DNA of 60,347 bases from Solirubrobacterales bacterium. GTDB lineage: Bacteria; Actinomycetota; Thermoleophilia; Solirubrobacterales; Solirubrobacteraceae. The position numbers and the translations under genes are program-made. The notes under the pieces are model-generated. The model was given only the letters and a program-made list of their open reading frames with translations. It had not been told where the DNA came from and did no database searches. Within the stretch, counting starts at the first letter, position 1, and each line of letters opens with the position of its first letter. The DNA lies in the NCBI GenBank assembly GCA_038234375.1, contig JBBSUL010000001.1, positions 1 to 60,347 of the forward strand. The letters are read 5' to 3'. Below are positions 59,045-60,347 of this stretch, in pieces.

Positions 59045-59950
59045 TCAGCCGCCGGCGCCGCCGTTGGCGTGCACGCCGGACGCGCGAGCCGGGGCGGAGG
59101 CCGAGACCCCCGGCAGGCAGATGCGGCAGAAGTCCTCGCCGAACGGCGTCAACAGGATCGAGCGGCGCACGGTCTTCGTCTTGCCCGGGCCGTGGAGGGC
59201 GGCGAGCACGTCGGGCTGGGCCTCGAGCACCTGGTAGCGCAGCGGGTCCTCCAGTGGCTCGCGCGAGAACCAGATCAGGCCGAGGCGGAAGAGGTTGTTC
59301 AGGTAGGCGGGGACGCGCTCGCCGTAGCGCACGCCGGCGTTGGGGCCGATCATCGACAGCCCGGGGGCGACCATGTTCGTCCCGATGATCGGCGAGTTGA
59401 TGAGGGGTGTCTTGCCGGTGCGCACGTCGACGGAGGGCTGGGGCCCCTCGATCGTCAGGTAGCGCAGCACCCGGGCCTCGTCGGGGGCGATCTCGTCGAT
59501 TATGCGCTGGTAGGCCGGGTGCGCGGCCTCCTCGTAGCTGACGTCGGTGGACCGGTACAGCAGCTCGGCGCCCTTGTCCTGCAGCGATCGTAGGTCCCGC
59601 GTGCCGCGCTCGGCGGCGTCCCGCGCGGGGGCGGGTTCCGGGGTGACCGCTCCGCGGCGCTCACGCAGCGCGTCGGGCAGGCGCTCGTCGATCGCGGGGA
59701 TCCCGAGGACCTCGCGCGCGTAGCCGCGGACGCCCTCTTCGACGTCCTGCAGCAGTTCGGCGGCCGACTCGCCGCTGACGGCGGCGTGCACCAGGCGGTT
59801 GCCCGCCCGCAGGTACGCGCGGGCCGTCCAGCCGGCGGTGCGGGCCCCGGCGCTCGCACCGATCCGCACGATGCCCGGCAGGGCCTTGGAGACCGAGCCC
59901 ACGGTGGGGACGGGCGGGTAGACGGGGTCTTCGCCCTCGGGCGTGGTCAT
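59045..59950 (-). CDS. Abi-alpha/DUF4393-like protein
   Basis: HPAY.RI..E..PDEAR.L, YL.NL.RLGL, LT.FG..F...C. Confidence 0.75.
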   Translation of the reverse strand: MTTPEGEDPVYPPVPTVGSVSKALPGIVRIGASAGARTAGWTARAYLRAGNRLVHAAVSGESAAELLQDVEEGVRGYAREVLGIPAIDERLPDALRERRGAVTPEPAPARDAAERGTRDLRSLQDKGAELLYRSTDVSYEEAAHPAYQRIIDEIAPDEARVLRYLTIEGPQPSVDVRTGKTPLINSPIIGTNMVAPGLSMIGPNAGVRYGERVPAYLNNLFRLGLIWFSREPLEDPLRYQVLEAQPDVLAALHGPGKTKTVRRSILLTPFGEDFCRICLPGVSASAPARASGVHANGGAGG

Positions 59951-59957
59951 GGCCGAT

Positions 59958-60347
59958 TCATACTCCAAACGCCGCGAGATGGATGAGGCCGCCGGTGAAG
60001 CCGAGGATCGCGCCGTGAGCGTAGAGCATCCACTCGTCCTCCTTGATGGCCGAGCGCAGCATCTCCTGGAAGTCGACGGGCGCCATCTCACGCATGCGCC
60101 CGGCGATCAGCTCGCGGATGAGGGCGCTCTGCTGCGCGTTGAACTCGGGATCGCCCAGCGGGGTCATCGTGTAGTCGACCGCGTCGACGGCCACCGAGTC
60201 GCGGATCGCGTCGTACTCCTTGTTGCCCATCGCCACGCGCACCGCCCGGCGGGCCGGGCCGGTCGCGCGGTCCACCGCGGGCCGCATCGCCGTCTGGATC
60301 ATCTGCCGGGTCCGGTCGGCCCGGGGGCCGGTCAGCAGCTCGGTGCC
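59958..60347 (-). CDS. DUF445-like membrane protein, C-terminal part
   Basis: F..MLR....EDEW.L..HGA.LG...G; open at the window end. Confidence 0.65.
   Translation of the reverse strand, partial: GTELLTGPRADRTRQMIQTAMRPAVDRATGPARRAVRVAMGNKEYDAIRDSVAVDAVDYTMTPLGDPEFNAQQSALIRELIAGRMREMAPVDFQEMLRSAIKEDEWMLYAHGAILGFTGGLIHLAAFGV

Noticed and set aside
59045-59950. Abi-alpha gene as an anti-phage system
   Set aside because: It sits with a DUF445-like gene in a housekeeping-like context with no other defence genes; the family name alone is not evidence.

Overview
A very GC-rich actinobacterial segment; gene content and protein style suggest Solirubrobacterales/Thermoleophilia (inference). The flanks look like core genome. 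Left (1-9104): surE 3' end, ligA, dacB, patatin, aminotransferase, Nif3, an ECF sigma factor and tRNA-Pro(CGG). Right (56945-60347): an M23 peptidase under a c-di-AMP riboswitch, an acyltransferase, Abi-alpha and DUF445-like genes. Between them is a ~48 kb mosaic metal-homeostasis region with many gene scars and no visible integrase. It carries an Fe(III) ABC transporter with IdeR/DtxR-like boxes, arsR-arsM-arsJ', CDF/NmtR-like genes, a CadC-like regulator with cadA, CopC/D-TlpA-CcdA, two BlaI/M56 pairs, copA-copZ-csoR and a DUF305 lipoprotein. The most striking element is a stripped-down complex-I-like operon (nuoA-[degenerate NuoB/NuoD fusion]-nuoH-J-K-L-M-N, 41274-49349). It has no Fe-S or flavin subunits, has Met-rich and His-rich segments, and lies between two two-domain multicopper oxidases; it is a candidate copper-dedicated ion-translocating machine. 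Other highlights are a CTAC-N5-GTAG operator-like palindrome recurring across the island, a six-repeat Myb/SANT-like protein, a RAGP arrest-motif uORF and a cyclase-YHS fusion. All calls come from reading motifs by eye; no database searches were run.
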